A stretch of 64,000 nt of DNA from Octopus vulgaris (taxonomy: Eukaryota): NCBI GenBank assembly GCA_951406725.2, contig OX597829.1, forward strand, positions 5,208,001 through 5,272,000. The letters run 5' to 3'. The notes below the pieces were generated by a model, which saw nothing but the letters and a program-made list of their open reading frames with translations, had not been told where the DNA came from and ran no database searches. Shown piece by piece: positions 40,340-53,945 of this stretch. Both the position numbers and the translations under genes were made by a program. The first letter of the stretch is position 1, and each line of letters begins with the position of its first letter.

Positions 40340-40912
40340 TTGAGACCATTTAAATATCTTTATCATAATTGATGTAACTCCAAAAAATTGAACATAGCAA
40401 ATTTTATGTTCATGCCAATATATTGTGGAGTGTTCAGCACTTATTTCCGTTCAATGTAACCGCCAGAGTTCAATCCGTTTACGAAATGATGCGCATGTCT
40501 TAACTATTTCTCTCTTTTACATCTTACCCAATGCTCGCTTGATCGAAGCCATCGGTGAAACCACACAGAGTTGTGAGAAGTTGCTTTCGATATTGCTTCA
40601 ACTGCGTCGTCCATAGCCAACAATGACACGGATTCAAATCTGGAGAGCTTAGAGGGGGCAGATATCTTTAGAGACAAACATGGGCAATTCTTTCTTCAAA
40701 AATTCTTGCACTCTTTTCGAAGAATAAGCGGGCGCGTAGTCCTGTACAAACAAGATTCTACTTGCATCACAATGCTTCCTAACCCAAGGCATCAAAACTT
40801 CTAAGATTTTGACATACTCTGCTGTGATGATTTTAAGAGCCGCTTCAATAAAATGAGGAGGTATCAATTTCCCATCACTTGCAACGGCTCCAAAAACCAT
40901 TAAAGAAGCCGT
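40340..40912 (-). mobile_element. Tc1/mariner (maT-like) transposase 3' remnant
   Basis: MVFGAVASDG..FVQDYAPAYSSKRVQEFL..SPDLNP. Confidence 0.85.
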
Positions 40913-41321
40913 TAAACAAGGACAGACAAACGGATTGAGTCGATTATATCGACCCCAGTGCGTAACTGGTACTTATTTAATCGACCCCGAAAGGATGAAT
41001 GGCAAAGTCAACCTCGGCGGAATTTGAACTCATAACGTAACGGCAGACGAAATACCGCAAAGCATTTCGCCCGGCGTGCTAACGTTTCTGCCAGCTCGCC
41101 GCCTTCATAATCCTTTCTACTAAAGGCACAAGGCCTGAAAGTGGGGGAGGAGGATAGTCATTTATATTGACCCCAGTATGCGACTGGTACATTTTTCATC
41201 GACCCCCGAAAGATGAAAGGCATAATCGACCTTAATGGAATTTGAACACAGAGCATGAAGACGGGCGAAATACCTCTAAGCATTTTGCCCAGCGTGCTAA
41301 CGATTCTGCCAGCTCGCCACC
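40913..41321 (-). mobile_element. Two tandem SINE family A copies
   Basis: Heads end at about 41103 and about 41321. Confidence 0.85.
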
Positions 41322-41341
41322 TTTATAATGATAATGATAAT

Positions 41342-44300
41342 GTTTTCTTTATTTAACCACAAAAACTTTACAAAAAGATGAGGGCAGTACAGGACAACAC
41401 AATACCATGCAATGAACTTAATTGACGGCCAAATTCGTCCTATAGGAGATAGAAGTCGTTTGGCATAAATCCACGTAAAAGTGTGTAAACAGTAAAATGA
41501 CAGTTAAAAACCTAACAAATTCAGGCAAATAATTCCTCAAAAGGTGTTCGACTTTTGAGAGCTGCTCTTGGAAATACCATAAAATTACTGTCACCAAGTT
41601 CACTAGGTGCCTCTTCCCAGCCTCCTCCATCAATCTACAGACTCATATTAAGAAGAAAACCGGTTCAGCCGGGCCACTCTTGCTTCTCTCATCCATATTT
41701 CATCAAATTTGCTGAGAGATGTAGTAATTCTCTTTAAATGCCTCACTTTCTTTTTCAAGGAAAAATTTTAAAAAGTTAATGAGTGCTTGGCCGAAGACGT
41801 ACGTGTCTGTCTTCAATCCCATCAGCCTGGTCTACAAGACAATCTTTTTGACAAAGCCATCCGACAGATGAAAACTGCCTGTTCCTTCGGGCCATAGAAA
41901 AGATGGACTTAAATGACGGTCAGGTGGTAATATATGGTGGTAGCGATGTATGTGTTCGCCACTTTTGCCCGACGTTTCAGGATAGCTTTCTGTCGGAGTA
42001 TTTCTAGTCGGGATGGGTGCCAACACATCACTTAGTTCCAGTTATTTACCACTGGGAGGTCTGAACCAAAATGGACCCCTACCAATTTATCCGGCCGTCC
42101 ACCGCTTACCACACTATTAGACGTCGTGGACCAGCCCCACCACGTGCTGATCTGCCGAATTCTTGGTTGGTCTTTGCTCTTGACACCGCCTCGTAATCCC
42201 TTGGAGCAGTACCGATTATCTCAACAAGCTTACTATACGATACTATGACAGTGGTATCATTCGCGTAGCACCGACACAATTCTTCTTCCATAATCTTGGT
42301 TGGCACCGGATGCCTCTCACTGTCTTTAGTTTCCTCAAGAGTCACTGCATACAGAAGAGACGAGACAGATTGTATGATACTGAACGGTTACCATATGTAG
42401 CTATTCACTCTAATCAACCAGCAGATGTCGCTGTACATTGTGTTGTACACTGCTGCAACTCAGCCGCGGAAGGTGAGAAGAAAACCGGCTGCGATCTCAG
42501 CATCCACCAAATATTGGTAATCGACCTTATCGAATGCTTCTGATTTATCTGCGTTTATCAGAGTCCTACTCTTGCCAGGTTCCCTACCTACTCTCTCTGT
42601 GCGGTATCGGATATAAAAGCAAAATTCATTGAACAGATCATTCAAGCCAGGTGATTTTCTTCCGTGCAACGAACAATTACTTCCCGCATTTCTTTGATTA
42701 TTATGGGCTTTTCTTCATACCCCGCTTTTCTTCTCAAGAGTTGTGGCGGGCTGTCGTGGAAGGTATTGAAATCCAACCAGAGTTCTGGCCCACTACTCGT
42801 TCCTGACAGCTGATCGAAATGCTGCCGAAAAGCCTTATACATCTGCCTTGGTCTTGATTAATTAACGCCTATTAAAACTATCATAACGAATTGTAACTTT
42901 GTTGCCACATTGCACCTCTGCCACTCGGACCCGTCGAACAACTTTAAAAATTGGCTGAATGCCAATCTGGCCAGGAACACGCCAATTGCAATGCCATTCC
43001 TAAGCACCTGTTCTAAGGTTATAAGCCTCCCTCTAATTAGCTTTCTTTATTGTTGCTGTCATACTGAACACTATCGATTCTATTCTAATTGTTCTTTTCT
43101 AATTAACGAATCCAATCACCGTAAGCTTGGAGTGTTGAAATCGATGCGTTCCGCTTCCAGTAATCCAATCTCTGCCAACGAAGACTACTTGATCGTACAG
43201 ATCACAAATTTGTAGTCTGTGTAAGCCAACGATTTTAAAATGTGGACAACCTATGCTACTCCCATCTGCTAGTCTATAGAATGTTCTGTCTAGAAACGAT
43301 CTGGATGGACCAAACCAATATGTCTATGTCCGCGTTGGCAGATTAAGGAAATTCAGTGAATACCTGTAGACAGTTGGAAACATTTGAGCAAGTTTGCGAC
43401 GCTTTTGCCTATCAATTCCCACCCACGAATAATCCATGCATGCATTAAAGATCATATCTTGTCACTTGCAACACTACAAAGTAGAACTTTCCGAGGTAAA
43501 CTTCCAGACACCTGCAGAAATTTGGCTGTTCCGACCCTGTCGGAATACATGCTGCTACTAGTCTTAAGGGAACCCCTTTGCTACAGCTCTCAGTTACCGT
43601 TTGGTTGCAAGAAGAAGACTCATATTGTGAGATCCTGACTCTCCTGAACCAGCTCTTTCCTCCTATTCCGGATGACATGGAAATTAATACGTTTAGCATG
43701 CACCAAAATAGTGTATGAAGGTATGTAAATCAGAAACTCTGGACTTGCTGATTGCCACCACATCTATATTTAGTGTCTTGCTTCCAAGGGACCCAAGACC
43801 ACGTGATTTTACGCTGCCCATTCTGAATAAGGCTATTTTCGACAGAAGTGGAAAACGAGAAAGGACCACCAACCTTATTTCTTTGGAAGGGCAGCTGTTG
43901 TGGTTGTTTCCACAAAGTTCTTTTTATTGACATACCCTCCGAAGTTTCTTATTCCGTCAAGATATTTGTTTTTTTTTATTATGGCATTATGTTTTGAGAT
44001 GTTTGGATAATTTTTGTGTGTTGGTTTGCTATTTGTTGACGTGATGAAATAATTCTGAGTAATGTCTCGGTGTTGACGTATATGTTTCATTAATTCTATG
44101 TTTGTATTTAAAGCAGCATAATTTGTTTCTTAGCAGTTGTCCTTGGTTTTGGTGTATAATGAGTTTCGCTGGGTTTGTGATGATGGTTGTGGTGATTGTG
44201 ATGGTGATGTTATTAGTATTGGAGTTGTTGTTGTAGATGGTTTTCTTCCGTCCGCTGGCACCACCCAGCTTTTTTCTGTTGGCATGATTTTTCTCTTTCC

Positions 44301-45180
44301 TGTTTTTCTTTTTATTGTGTTGTTACTTTTTGCCATTTGTCTTTTTTTCCTCCATCGCCCTTCGCCACATGACGTCTGAATACTTCTAAGAGGGAGAGGC
44401 ACTGTGGCGAAGAGGACCGCTACTAACTAGCAGATGTTTACTTCTGAGGGCACACCGACAATCTTTATCCTTACTACCCTACGGCCAAAGTAGATTGGTA
44501 TGAATACCAGTTCGTCCTTCCTTGGTGGTGTTGTGGAGTGCTTCCTTGCCTCATTCGGTAATATCACCCCTTCCCTACTTTATTTTTCTCCCCAGTGACA
44601 TACGTTTTGGTGGCCCAGGTCAGTCTGAGATACTTTTCTATTTGCTGTCCTATCGCATTTTCGGATTTTTATTCCTATTGTTCTGTAGGAATATTTCAGA
44701 TTGGTCTCATGCAGTATAGGTTCTGGAATACTTAATTCTTCATTTCGTCTGATTCTCGTGTAAAATGTTTTAGTACTTGGAGTCCATGAGACGTTACTTT
44801 AACTACTCATTCTTGTTGTAAGTTGTTTGCGAACCCGGTAACTGTCTTGATTTATATTTGTGTTGCAGTTAATGACAGTGGTGATGATGGAGGAGGAGGT
44901 GGTGGTGGTGGGGATGGAATTTTAAACCCTGTTGAATTCGTAATTTGGTTGTCCTTGTTTCTGTTTTTCATGCTCATTATTCTTGCTGTTGTTTCGGTCG
45001 GCACTAGTGAGGGTAGGAGTGGTTGTAGCGGAATTATTTCTCACGTCTTTTCCTTTGTGTTGTTTTCATCGAGATTGTTGTTGTTATATTATTGTTGTTC
45101 ATACATTTTCTGCTACCATGTTGTAAAGTGGAATATTAGTAATATATTGGTCGGTATTGGCTACTGGAACGGCTAACTAC
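41342..45180 (-). mobile_element. Degenerate, internally deleted L1/Tx1-type LINE (ORF1, APE, RT)
   Basis: APE-like LRLVAAC.P..EQPNF..LEVYL; RT-like KSPGLND, DKSEAFDKVD, CYANDT (YADD) and YEAVSRAKTN; many stops and frameshifts. Confidence 0.8.
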
Positions 45181-45546
45181 CTTCTGAATGTGCGAAGCCG
45201 TATTGCTCTTTTGAAAAAGAAAACGTAACTCCGCTACAAAAACCAAAAATTTCAAATAGCCAACAACTCTCAGATGATACTGGTTGGCTTAATAACAAAA
45301 TGGTGCAGCAAAAACGAATATCACTTTCTTCAAGCAAAAACAATATCAGTAACAACTTACGAGCTCCAAAACGATGTCTTGCTCTTGCATTCAAATTTTG
45401 GCGCGAGGCCAGCAATTTTAGGGGAAAAGGTTAGTCGATTATATCAGTACTTCACTGGTATTTTATTTTATCCGCCCCAAAGGATGTAAGGCACAGTTGA
45501 CTTCGGCAGAATTTGAGCTCTAACGATTCTGTAAGTTTACTCTCTC

Positions 45547-45590
<44 letters not shown>

Positions 45591-45592
<2 letters not shown>

Positions 45593-46053
45593 GATGGGTT
45601 ATAGCAAATATTCTGCTCCACACCACAGATTTGCTTGTCAGTTGTTTGACCTTAACCAGTTGAGCATGTCCCTTAGTCACTGACGATATATGCATCTCTG
45701 ATCACGAGCAGAAGTAGTGGGGGAGCATCATAGCCATGTGTTGAGAGGGATTCTTTGGGGTTTGAATAATTCACCTCTGGAAATACGCGTGTTTCGTTCA
45801 ACATCCTTAAACAACCCTTATTCAGGGAGTTTTTGAGCGGGATAGGCTACTCGACTAGAAGAACCTTCTAACTGGGCTCCATCTGCAAGGTTATGTGCTG
45901 TTTATCTTGATATGATATCACCATGTGACGCACATATGGTTGTGATTCATTGCCTGGTGTACCCTTATCAGACGGGTAGTCATGATGGGTATACTGGGCT
46001 TCGTATATTTTACCCCAGTGTCACTTTGATGGCGTGCACTGCTCTCTCACTCA

Positions 46054-46054
<1 letters not shown>
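45591..46054 (+). mobile_element. (TAA)n-inserted retroelement 3' UTR fragment (probably R4/Dong-type)
   Basis: Unique 460-bp block bounded on both sides by (TAA)n; the family assignment is inference. Confidence 0.5.
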
Positions 46055-46120
<66 letters not shown>

Positions 46121-46121
<1 letters not shown>

Positions 46122-46870
46122 TCTGTCTTTTTTAGCCACCAGGGCCGAACACAAAGCATAGAAGACAATACAGAGACGAGGGACAGTGGGAGTAAACGTG
46201 TCAACAGCCAACAAACACAATGATTAACAAAGAGATTAAATTAACAATATACTTCTCCAGTAGGAAGGGAGTTCCCTCGTAAGGTGACCAATGAGACCTC
46301 ACGCACTGTGGATCCCTTAACTCCAAAGGCTCCTCAAGAAAGCAACCTCTGCCCATCCTTCCATCCTGCCGACAGGCGCACACTTAGTAGAGGCCCATTC
46401 ACGCGGGTCATTCTTGGCACATTCACCCACCTTTCAACGAAGTTACTGGATAACAGTACCTCCTTCTCCAGTCTCACGTTCCTTTTCAGGTAGAAGCTGA
46501 AAAAGTCAATGAGGTCTTGGCCAAAGAGGAAGATACTCGTCTTCAACCTTTCCAATCGCGTCCACTACACAACCTCTTTTGCCATAGTCACCAGACAGAA
46601 AAAAATTTGCCTTCCCTTCCTGGCCAAAGGAAGGAGGCGGGGCATTCTTCACGATGGACTCGGACGAAGCCGGACCCGTCCTACACCTGAGAAAGCTCGA
46701 CAAGTCAGCAATGTGTGGACACCGTACGAAAGCATGCAGAACTGTTTCACCGCTCCGCGTGCAACTGAGACAAACCCGACTGACTGTACACCCGTGCCTG
46801 CAGAGCTTATCTCGAACCAGCAGTGCCCTTCGGTAGCATTGCCTGGGATTTCTGGAAGTTATCTATAGTT
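46121..46870 (-). mobile_element. L1/Tx1-type LINE 3' end
   Basis: CCHC knuckle CLSCTRSGETVLHAFVRC, AKEVVW.., FVERW; ends CCCTGGTGGCTAAAAAAG then (TTA)n. Confidence 0.85.
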
Positions 46871-47134
46871 CCATAATAATAATAATAGATTCAAACTTTG
46901 GCATCAGGGCAGAATTTTACTAGTAGAAAGGTTAGTCGATTTAATACACTCGGTACTCGTCTAGCATTGTATTTTATCGAGTCCTAAGGACAGAGGGTAA
47001 AACCAACTTTGATGAGCCTTAAACCCAGGGCGCGTAGAGAGGGGTGGGGATGTTGTTAGGCCTTTTCTGCGACGCGCTAAAGATTCTGCAATTTCGCTGC
47101 CTCAACAACAACAGCAGCAAGAAAAACAACAACG

Positions 47135-47211
<77 letters not shown>

Positions 47212-47640
47212 CTCGGCGAAAGAATTTGACAAGCTCAGAAAATATAAAGACCTGCTCATTGAAATTGAGAAAATGTGGCATCTAAAGGAGGATACAATAC
47301 CAGTAATCGTAGGAGCACTAGGAATGATCAAGAAGGGAACCGAAAATTATATGAGAATGATCCCTTCTTACCATCCTTGCAAGAAGTGCAAAAGATTGTC
47401 TTAACTGGTACATCACACGTATTGAGAAGAGCATTGTCGATGTGAGAACTATTACTACCCATGTATTTTAATTTAACTTTAAAAAAAAAAAAATAATAAT
47501 AAATGAACGAACTATTGAGTTTAGTTTAATGGCCTACCAATGTATACTATGAGTTTCTTTGCCCTAGGAGTCGGGAAGACACTCGGCAAGAAATGGAAGC
47601 AAATTTGAAAGAAGAAGAAGAAGAAAAAAAAATAATAATA
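47212..47640 (+). mobile_element. R4/Dong-clade non-LTR 3' fragment (RLE endonuclease C-terminus)
   Basis: KLRKYKDLLIEIEKMW..IPVIVGALGMI..QKIVLTGTSHVLRRAL; inserted in (TAA)n. Confidence 0.88.
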
Positions 47641-47889
47641 AAACTTGAACATGAGAGCCATAAAATAAATCAATATGTCTTTTAAACAGCAAAGCTATTT
47701 AGGAAAAAATATGTTTTACAATAACAATGACTTTGCGCTAAATTAGAGAAAAATCGTTACCACGAGAAATAAAAAGGAGATGGAATGAAGTTATGAAGCA
47801 TGTGTGAATGAGTGAGTGTGGCTGTCAATGTGTGCGTGCACACGTGTGTTTGAGTGTGTGTGTGTGTGAGCGCAGCGTGTGTATACATA

Positions 47890-47984
47890 GAGAGAGAGAG
47901 AGAGCGAGAGAGAGAGAGCGAGAGAGAGAGAGAGAGAACGAACCAAACAGACAGAGATAAATAGATAGATAGACAAACAGACGG

Positions 47985-48077
<93 letters not shown>

Positions 48078-48131
48078 GAGAGAGAGAGAACGAACCAAAC
48101 AGACAGAGATAAATAGATAGATAGACAAACA

Positions 48132-48196
<65 letters not shown>

Positions 48197-48220
48197 AGAG
48201 AGAGAGAGAGAGAGAGAGAG
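47890..48220. repeat. Tandem duplication of a microsatellite-flanked 50-bp block
   Basis: AACGAACCAAACAGACAGAGATAAATAGATAGATAGACAAACAGACGGAT occurs twice. Confidence 0.85.
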
Positions 48221-48618
48221 ATTACACTGAACGCTAAAAACTATTTTGACAATTCTAGTTTTAAATGCGCCTTGACGAATTAGAATAATAACAAACTTTT
48301 AAAAAAAGTAACTTTTAAAGAGAGAATTATCTACAGCAGCATTATTATCATCAACATCGTCATCATTGTCATCATCATAATGATAATAATAATAGTTTTT
48401 CTTTCTACTAGAGGCACAAGGCCTGAAATTTTGTTAGTCGATTACATCGATCCCGATGTTCAACTGTTATTTATTTTACGAACCCCAGAATGTCAAAAGG
48501 CAAGGTCGACTTCAGCGACAATAATTCTTTCAAATTTAGACACAAAGCCAGCAGTTTCAAAACTGTTGGTCGTGTGAGAGGAGACAAAGTCGATACCATG
48601 GAGCCTAGCACTAGGCTG

Positions 48619-48937
48619 GGGAGGCACATGGCCTCGTGGTTAGAGCAGCGGACTCGCGGTCGAGGGATCGCGGGTTCGAATCTCAGACCGGGCGATGTGT
48701 GTGTTTATGAGCGAAACACTTAAGCTCCACGCGGCTCCGGCAGAAGGTAATGGCGAACTCCTGCTGATTCTTTCGCCACTACTTTCTCTCATTCTTTCTT
48801 CCTGCACTTTGCAGCTCACCTGCGACGGACCGGCGTCCCGTTCAGGTGGGGAACCTATACGCCAAGAAACCGGGAAACCGGCCCTTATGAGCCAGGCATG
48901 GCTCGAGAAGGAACAAACAACAACAACAAAAAAATAA
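48619..48937 (+). mobile_element. Young tRNA-derived SINE (Meta/V-like domain), family C
   Basis: A-box TGGCCTCGTGG, B-box GGTTCGAATC, CCTGCGACGGACCGGCGTCCCG domain, (CAA)n tail; TSD CACTAGGCTG at 48609-48618 and 48938-48947. Confidence 0.9.
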
Positions 48938-50389
48938 CACTAGGCTGATTCTTCAATTTACTGATCCTGGAGGAAAGAAAGTTAAAGTTACGTCTATGGA
49001 ATCATGACGCTTTTCATCCCTCCGATTCGATAAAATTAAATTTTCTTTTGTTTCATAATGTAGAGAAAAATAACGGTAAAACGGTTCCCAGTGGCGGAGA
49101 ACAACTGAGAGTTAAACCTGGAACCCTAACTGTCAAAGGAAAATACCTTCTCTTTTTAATTTTCGCATTTCATTGGTGCTCAGCCTACGGTACCAGCAGG
49201 TTATATTTTGCCTACCATCCGGTAACACTGCCAAAGCAAATGACAATTCTGAAATTTGTTCATAATCCCCAGCCAGTCATCCATTCGGAAGAGGCTTCTT
49301 CGATTTTCAAACATCGTCACTTACACCCATAATAATGTGTCTTATTTATTTTATTTTAGCGCAAGAGCAAATGATGAGGAACACTACAGAATAAACACAC
49401 ACAATAGAGGGAATGATACAACAAGTGGGGAATGAAGAGATGTGCTACTACAATCTATGTATTGAGAGATAGCAGCTTCCTAGAGCTAATTGCTAATTAG
49501 AGAACTCCACAAATCCTGGAATACCTTGAGAACAGAACCAAAAAATAAACTGTCTGCCAGTCGTTATCTGAATTTTCATCCGCACATTCAGAGTTCAACC
49601 AGGTTTTACTCTCTACCTATAGCAACTTTTCGTCAAAGTCCCCTTCACAATCTTTTTAAGTGATAAGGAGTTAAGGGTTAGACATATTTATTCAATCGTT
49701 TTCATTCGTGAATACCATATGATATTTTTGCCATAGCCCCTACGGAGTGGAAAACCGCCAATCTTTCCTTGCCCAAGGAAAATCTTGTGTGTTGCCATAT
49801 GTGCTCTCATAATGTTAATTATGACGAACGGAGAAGTGAAATATCAGCTAAGCCAGTTTGATAAACTTTTATATAGCAATGGTCTTCATGGTATATTTTT
49901 ATCGATTAATCATTGGAAGAATAGGCAGCACAATCGATCCTCCCTTCTACCGGTTCTGGTGGAAGCGAAAAAAGGTGTCATCAAACCGGAGTCATGTCCT
50001 CAATGCTTACAACACAGGGCACACCTCTAAAGGCATCCAGATTTGTGCTTGTTAATCCTGGCGACTAAATAAAAAGATCATACGCTACGAAACAATTAGA
50101 AATTCGAACACAAGGAGCCAGAACAAATATCAATAAATATCAAATACGATGTTCAAACAATTCAGTCAATCATCACTTGGGTTGTTGGTGTATTTATCGA
50201 CCGCAGAAAGAGGAAAGCCAAAGTTGACTTCAGCGGGTATGAACTTTAAACGCAAGAAAGCGGAACAAATAGTGCAAAGTATATCATTCGACTCTTAAAT
50301 ACTCCTAATTTGTTGCCTGAAGAACAGATCTATATGCAGTCAGCAATGGTCGTCACTAATGACTAGATACTGAAATGATACACTGTTAG

Positions 50390-50467
<78 letters not shown>

Positions 50468-50486
50468 GACAGATAGACATAGATAA

Positions 50487-50569
<83 letters not shown>

Positions 50570-50571
50570 CA

Positions 50572-50740
50572 GGCGTAGACGTGGCTGTGTGGTAAGAAGT
50601 TTACTTCCCAACCACATGGTCCTAAGATCAGTCCCACGGCGCAGCACCTTGGGCAAGTGTCTTCAACTATAACCTCGGGCGGACCATAACCTTGTGAGTG
50701 GATTTGGGAGACGAGAAATGGAAGAAGTCCGTCGTGTATA
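50572..50740 (+). mobile_element. SINE family B 5' half
   Basis: Head to ..GAAGTCCGTCG, then (TA)n. Confidence 0.85.
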
Positions 50741-50750
50741 TATATATATT

Positions 50751-51190
50751 CGCCATTGAGAATTCATGGAAGAAGTTTCGTGGGAATATGTGGATTTCAC
50801 AAGCGGTCCCCAACAATCTCTGACTTCGCCTGTCTCTGCGGCCCCTTCCATCTGTCCTTCTGCAACGGCGCTTGCGGTGGTTTGGCCATGCATGTAGGCG
50901 TCCGGTGGGTGAACTGAGCCGTGATGTCCTTCTCCCAACTTCACTTCCCAACTGGCGGAAACGCGCGGTCGGGCAGCTGAAGACCTGGGTTACAACGATT
51001 AAGGAGGACCTCTCCGTGCTCACGGGACCGCAGGTGGTCGGCCTGCGCTGATGGAACCGTGACTGGTTCGCTATCTCCAGTGAACTGGCGCAGGACCGTC
51101 GTGCGTGGGCTGCCATGGTTCGTGATGCCTCGACGGTAGTAGAAGCCGACTCAACCCGCCCAGGGTGAATGTCGTTACAAGTACAAGTAT
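50751..51190 (+). mobile_element. RTE LINE 3' end
   Basis: RRLRWFGHACRR..GQLKTWVTTIKEDL..LAQDRRAWAAMV; (CAAGTA)n tail. Confidence 0.9.
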
Positions 51191-51247
51191 ATATATATAT
51201 ACATACATACATACATACATACATACATACATACATACATACATACA

Positions 51248-51278
<31 letters not shown>

Positions 51279-51343
51279 TGTTGCTATTATATTTCGTTTT
51301 TGGATTTGGTTTGCAAGATTCTTTATATGAGTTCGTGTGTTGA

Positions 51344-51626
51344 AGCATATTCTGTTGTGTCTGGGGAAAGTAATTTTCTTTTTGTGCCTTATAATATAAC
51401 ACACTCACCGGTAAAATTTCCACTTATTTCTTGTTTTTATTTTCCATAATTTTCGTTGTGTCTTGCAGCCTTTTCAATAGCCTTGACTCTTGAACTATTC
51501 AAACTAGTGAAAAGGTTTGCTAGACGCAACGAAAATTTTAAGAAAATAAAGTATAAAAAAAAAGTGGAAAAATTTTATAAGGCACAAAAAGAAAATGACT
51601 CTCCCTAGACACAACAGAATGTTGCT
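51344..51626. repeat. Imperfect fold-back (Penelope-like terminal fragment)
   Basis: Arms about 51344-51480 and 51503-51626 are reverse complements. Confidence 0.75.
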
Positions 51627-51749
51627 ATTATTATCATATATATACATATACATATACTAATACATTTGTTGTTTGTACACCAGCTGCCTTCGTCTTTTGT
51701 TTATTTTCGTAAACTTTCCCTGTATATATATATATATATATATATATAG

Positions 51750-51995
51750 ACATATCGTTGCCATTATGCAAAATTGTTGTAAGTCCAAAACGTTACTTTT
51801 TCAGAAAACGAAAAAATAGTTTCACCATTCCATAGCAAAATCTTTATACTGCATTTTAACAATTTTTAATATCTTAGCATCTGAAGAAGCTGTAGACACG
51901 ATAGTTTGACCAAAAAAGCAGCTATTGCAAGCAAAAGTAAATATTGAAAAAGAAACGCATTTGGCCATAATTGGATATACGTCAGTTTAACATTT
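51750..51995. mobile_element. MITE related to 32557-32807
   Basis: Inverted homology over about 240 bp. Confidence 0.75.
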
Positions 51996-52044
51996 TATAT
52001 ATATATATATATATGTACACACACACACACATATATATGCGCAC

Positions 52045-52218
52045 GCGCAGGAGTGGCTGTGTTGTAAGTAGCTTGCTTACCAACCACATGGTTCCCAGTT
52101 CAGTCCCACTGCGTGGCACCTTTGGCAAGTGTCTTCTACTATAGTCTCGGGCCGACCAAAGCCTTGTGAGTGGATTTGGTAGACGGAAACTGAAAGAAGC
52201 CTGTCGTATATATAAATG

Positions 52219-52313
<95 letters not shown>

Positions 52314-52740
52314 TGTGTGTGTGTTTATGTTTGTCCCCCAACATCGCTTGACAACCGATGCTGGTGTGTTTACGTCCCCGTAACTTAGCGGTTCGGCAAA
52401 AAGACCGATGAAATAAGTACAAGGCTTACAAAGACTAAGTCCTGGGGTCGATTTGCTCGACTAAAGGCGGTGCTCCAGCATGGCCGCAGTCAAATGACTG
52501 AAACAAGTAAAAGAGTAAAGAGAGTATGTGTATCTCTGTGTCTGAGTTTGTCTTCCCCCACCGCTCGACGATCGGTGTTTGTGTGTTTACGTCCCCGCAA
52601 CTTAGCGGTTAAGCATAGAGACCGATGAAATAAGTACTAGGCTTGCAAAGAATAAGTCCAGCGACCCATTTGCTCGACTAAAACCCTTCAAAGCGGTGTC
52701 GCACTATGGCCGCAGTCAAGTGACTGAAACAAGTAAAAGA
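52045..52740 (+). mobile_element. SINE family B full-length plus a second 3' half
   Basis: Full copy about 52045-52524; repeated 3' module about 52540-52740. Confidence 0.9.
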
Positions 52741-52757
52741 TATTTACACACACACGC

Positions 52758-52790
<33 letters not shown>

Positions 52791-52791
<1 letters not shown>

Positions 52792-52982
52792 TGGTAAAAA
52801 TGGTAAGATAACAAAAGAAAGAAAGAGACCTCAATATTATGTAAATAGAGGAATTTATCTGTAAATATAATATGTGACAATTATTCTAGATGGCCATCTA
52901 CCGAAGAGATGGTGTTGTGGATTTCCACTTCGGCATCCGAAACTCAGAGTTCTATGTTGACCATTGAATAATTGTCACATAT

Positions 52983-52990
<8 letters not shown>
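52791..52990. mobile_element. (TA)n-inserted Penelope-like fragment, sister of 22571-22814
   Basis: Near-identical first about 95 bp, then inverted at the palindromic junction TAGATGGCCATCTA. Confidence 0.75.
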
Positions 52991-53034
<44 letters not shown>

Positions 53035-53089
53035 GTGTGTGTGTACATATATGCATACACACGCATATTATATATATATATAAATACAT

Positions 53090-53122
<33 letters not shown>

Positions 53123-53229
53123 GAAATTCGGGGTGAGTACTTGATAATTGTAAGCACCTGTATATACCGTTTGGTGGTGTAGGTGGAGGAGTAAATTGAT
53201 CAAAATAAAAACATGATGCCAAGGATTCA

Positions 53230-53307
53230 GCGGTACATATGTTTCGGGCCTTTATTAGACAGATTTATAACAATGCATAATGTATGTCTGTGGCCTTCTT
53301 CAGCCGC
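53230..53307 (-). ncRNA. Type-I hammerhead ribozyme
   Basis: GCGG CUGAAGA AGGCC..GGCCC GAAA CAUAUG UA CCGC. Confidence 0.82.
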
Positions 53308-53326
53308 GCACAACAACTTCATATAT

Positions 53327-53433
<107 letters not shown>

Positions 53434-53755
53434 CATACATATAAATGCGGGCGTGCAAACAATATTTAGGCTACGTTGTTGGCAAGGCGGTGCCGCCGCA
53501 CAACTGCAGTGTAATGACTGAAACATGTAAAAGATAAGAGATATATAGCGAGGGAGTAAGAAAAGCGGAGAGCGAGACAGAGTGACAGAGAATCAGGGTG
53601 AGAGAGAGATAGAAAGCCAATCGCTTGATTGTCGCAACTGCTGGGGACCAAGTTCTTCATTCATATTGGCTCTGTCTACATTGTTCATCAGAAATCAAGC
53701 CACTCAACTAAAATTATAATTCAAAACCACTCTGTATGGTTCATAGCATTTATAT

Positions 53756-53945
53756 ATGTGAAGACGCTTGTCATAGAGGTTAATGTATTCGGCTCATAGT
53801 CGTAAGGCCGCGAGTTCGATTCCTGGCAGCTTGTTGTTGTGTCCCTGAGCAAGATTCTTTATTCCACATTGTTCCACTCCACTCAGCTGGCAAAAATGAG
53901 TTCTACCTTTATGTCAAAGGACCAGCCTTGGTCACATTATGCTAA
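53756..53945 (+). mobile_element. SINE family D (tRNA head, CORE-like)
   Basis: GAGTTCGATTCC B-box; TGTGTCCCTGAGCAAG..CCACTCAGCTG. Confidence 0.75.

Noticed and set aside
48619-48695. tRNA gene
   Set aside because: It is a SINE head, continuing into a body and tail with TSDs.
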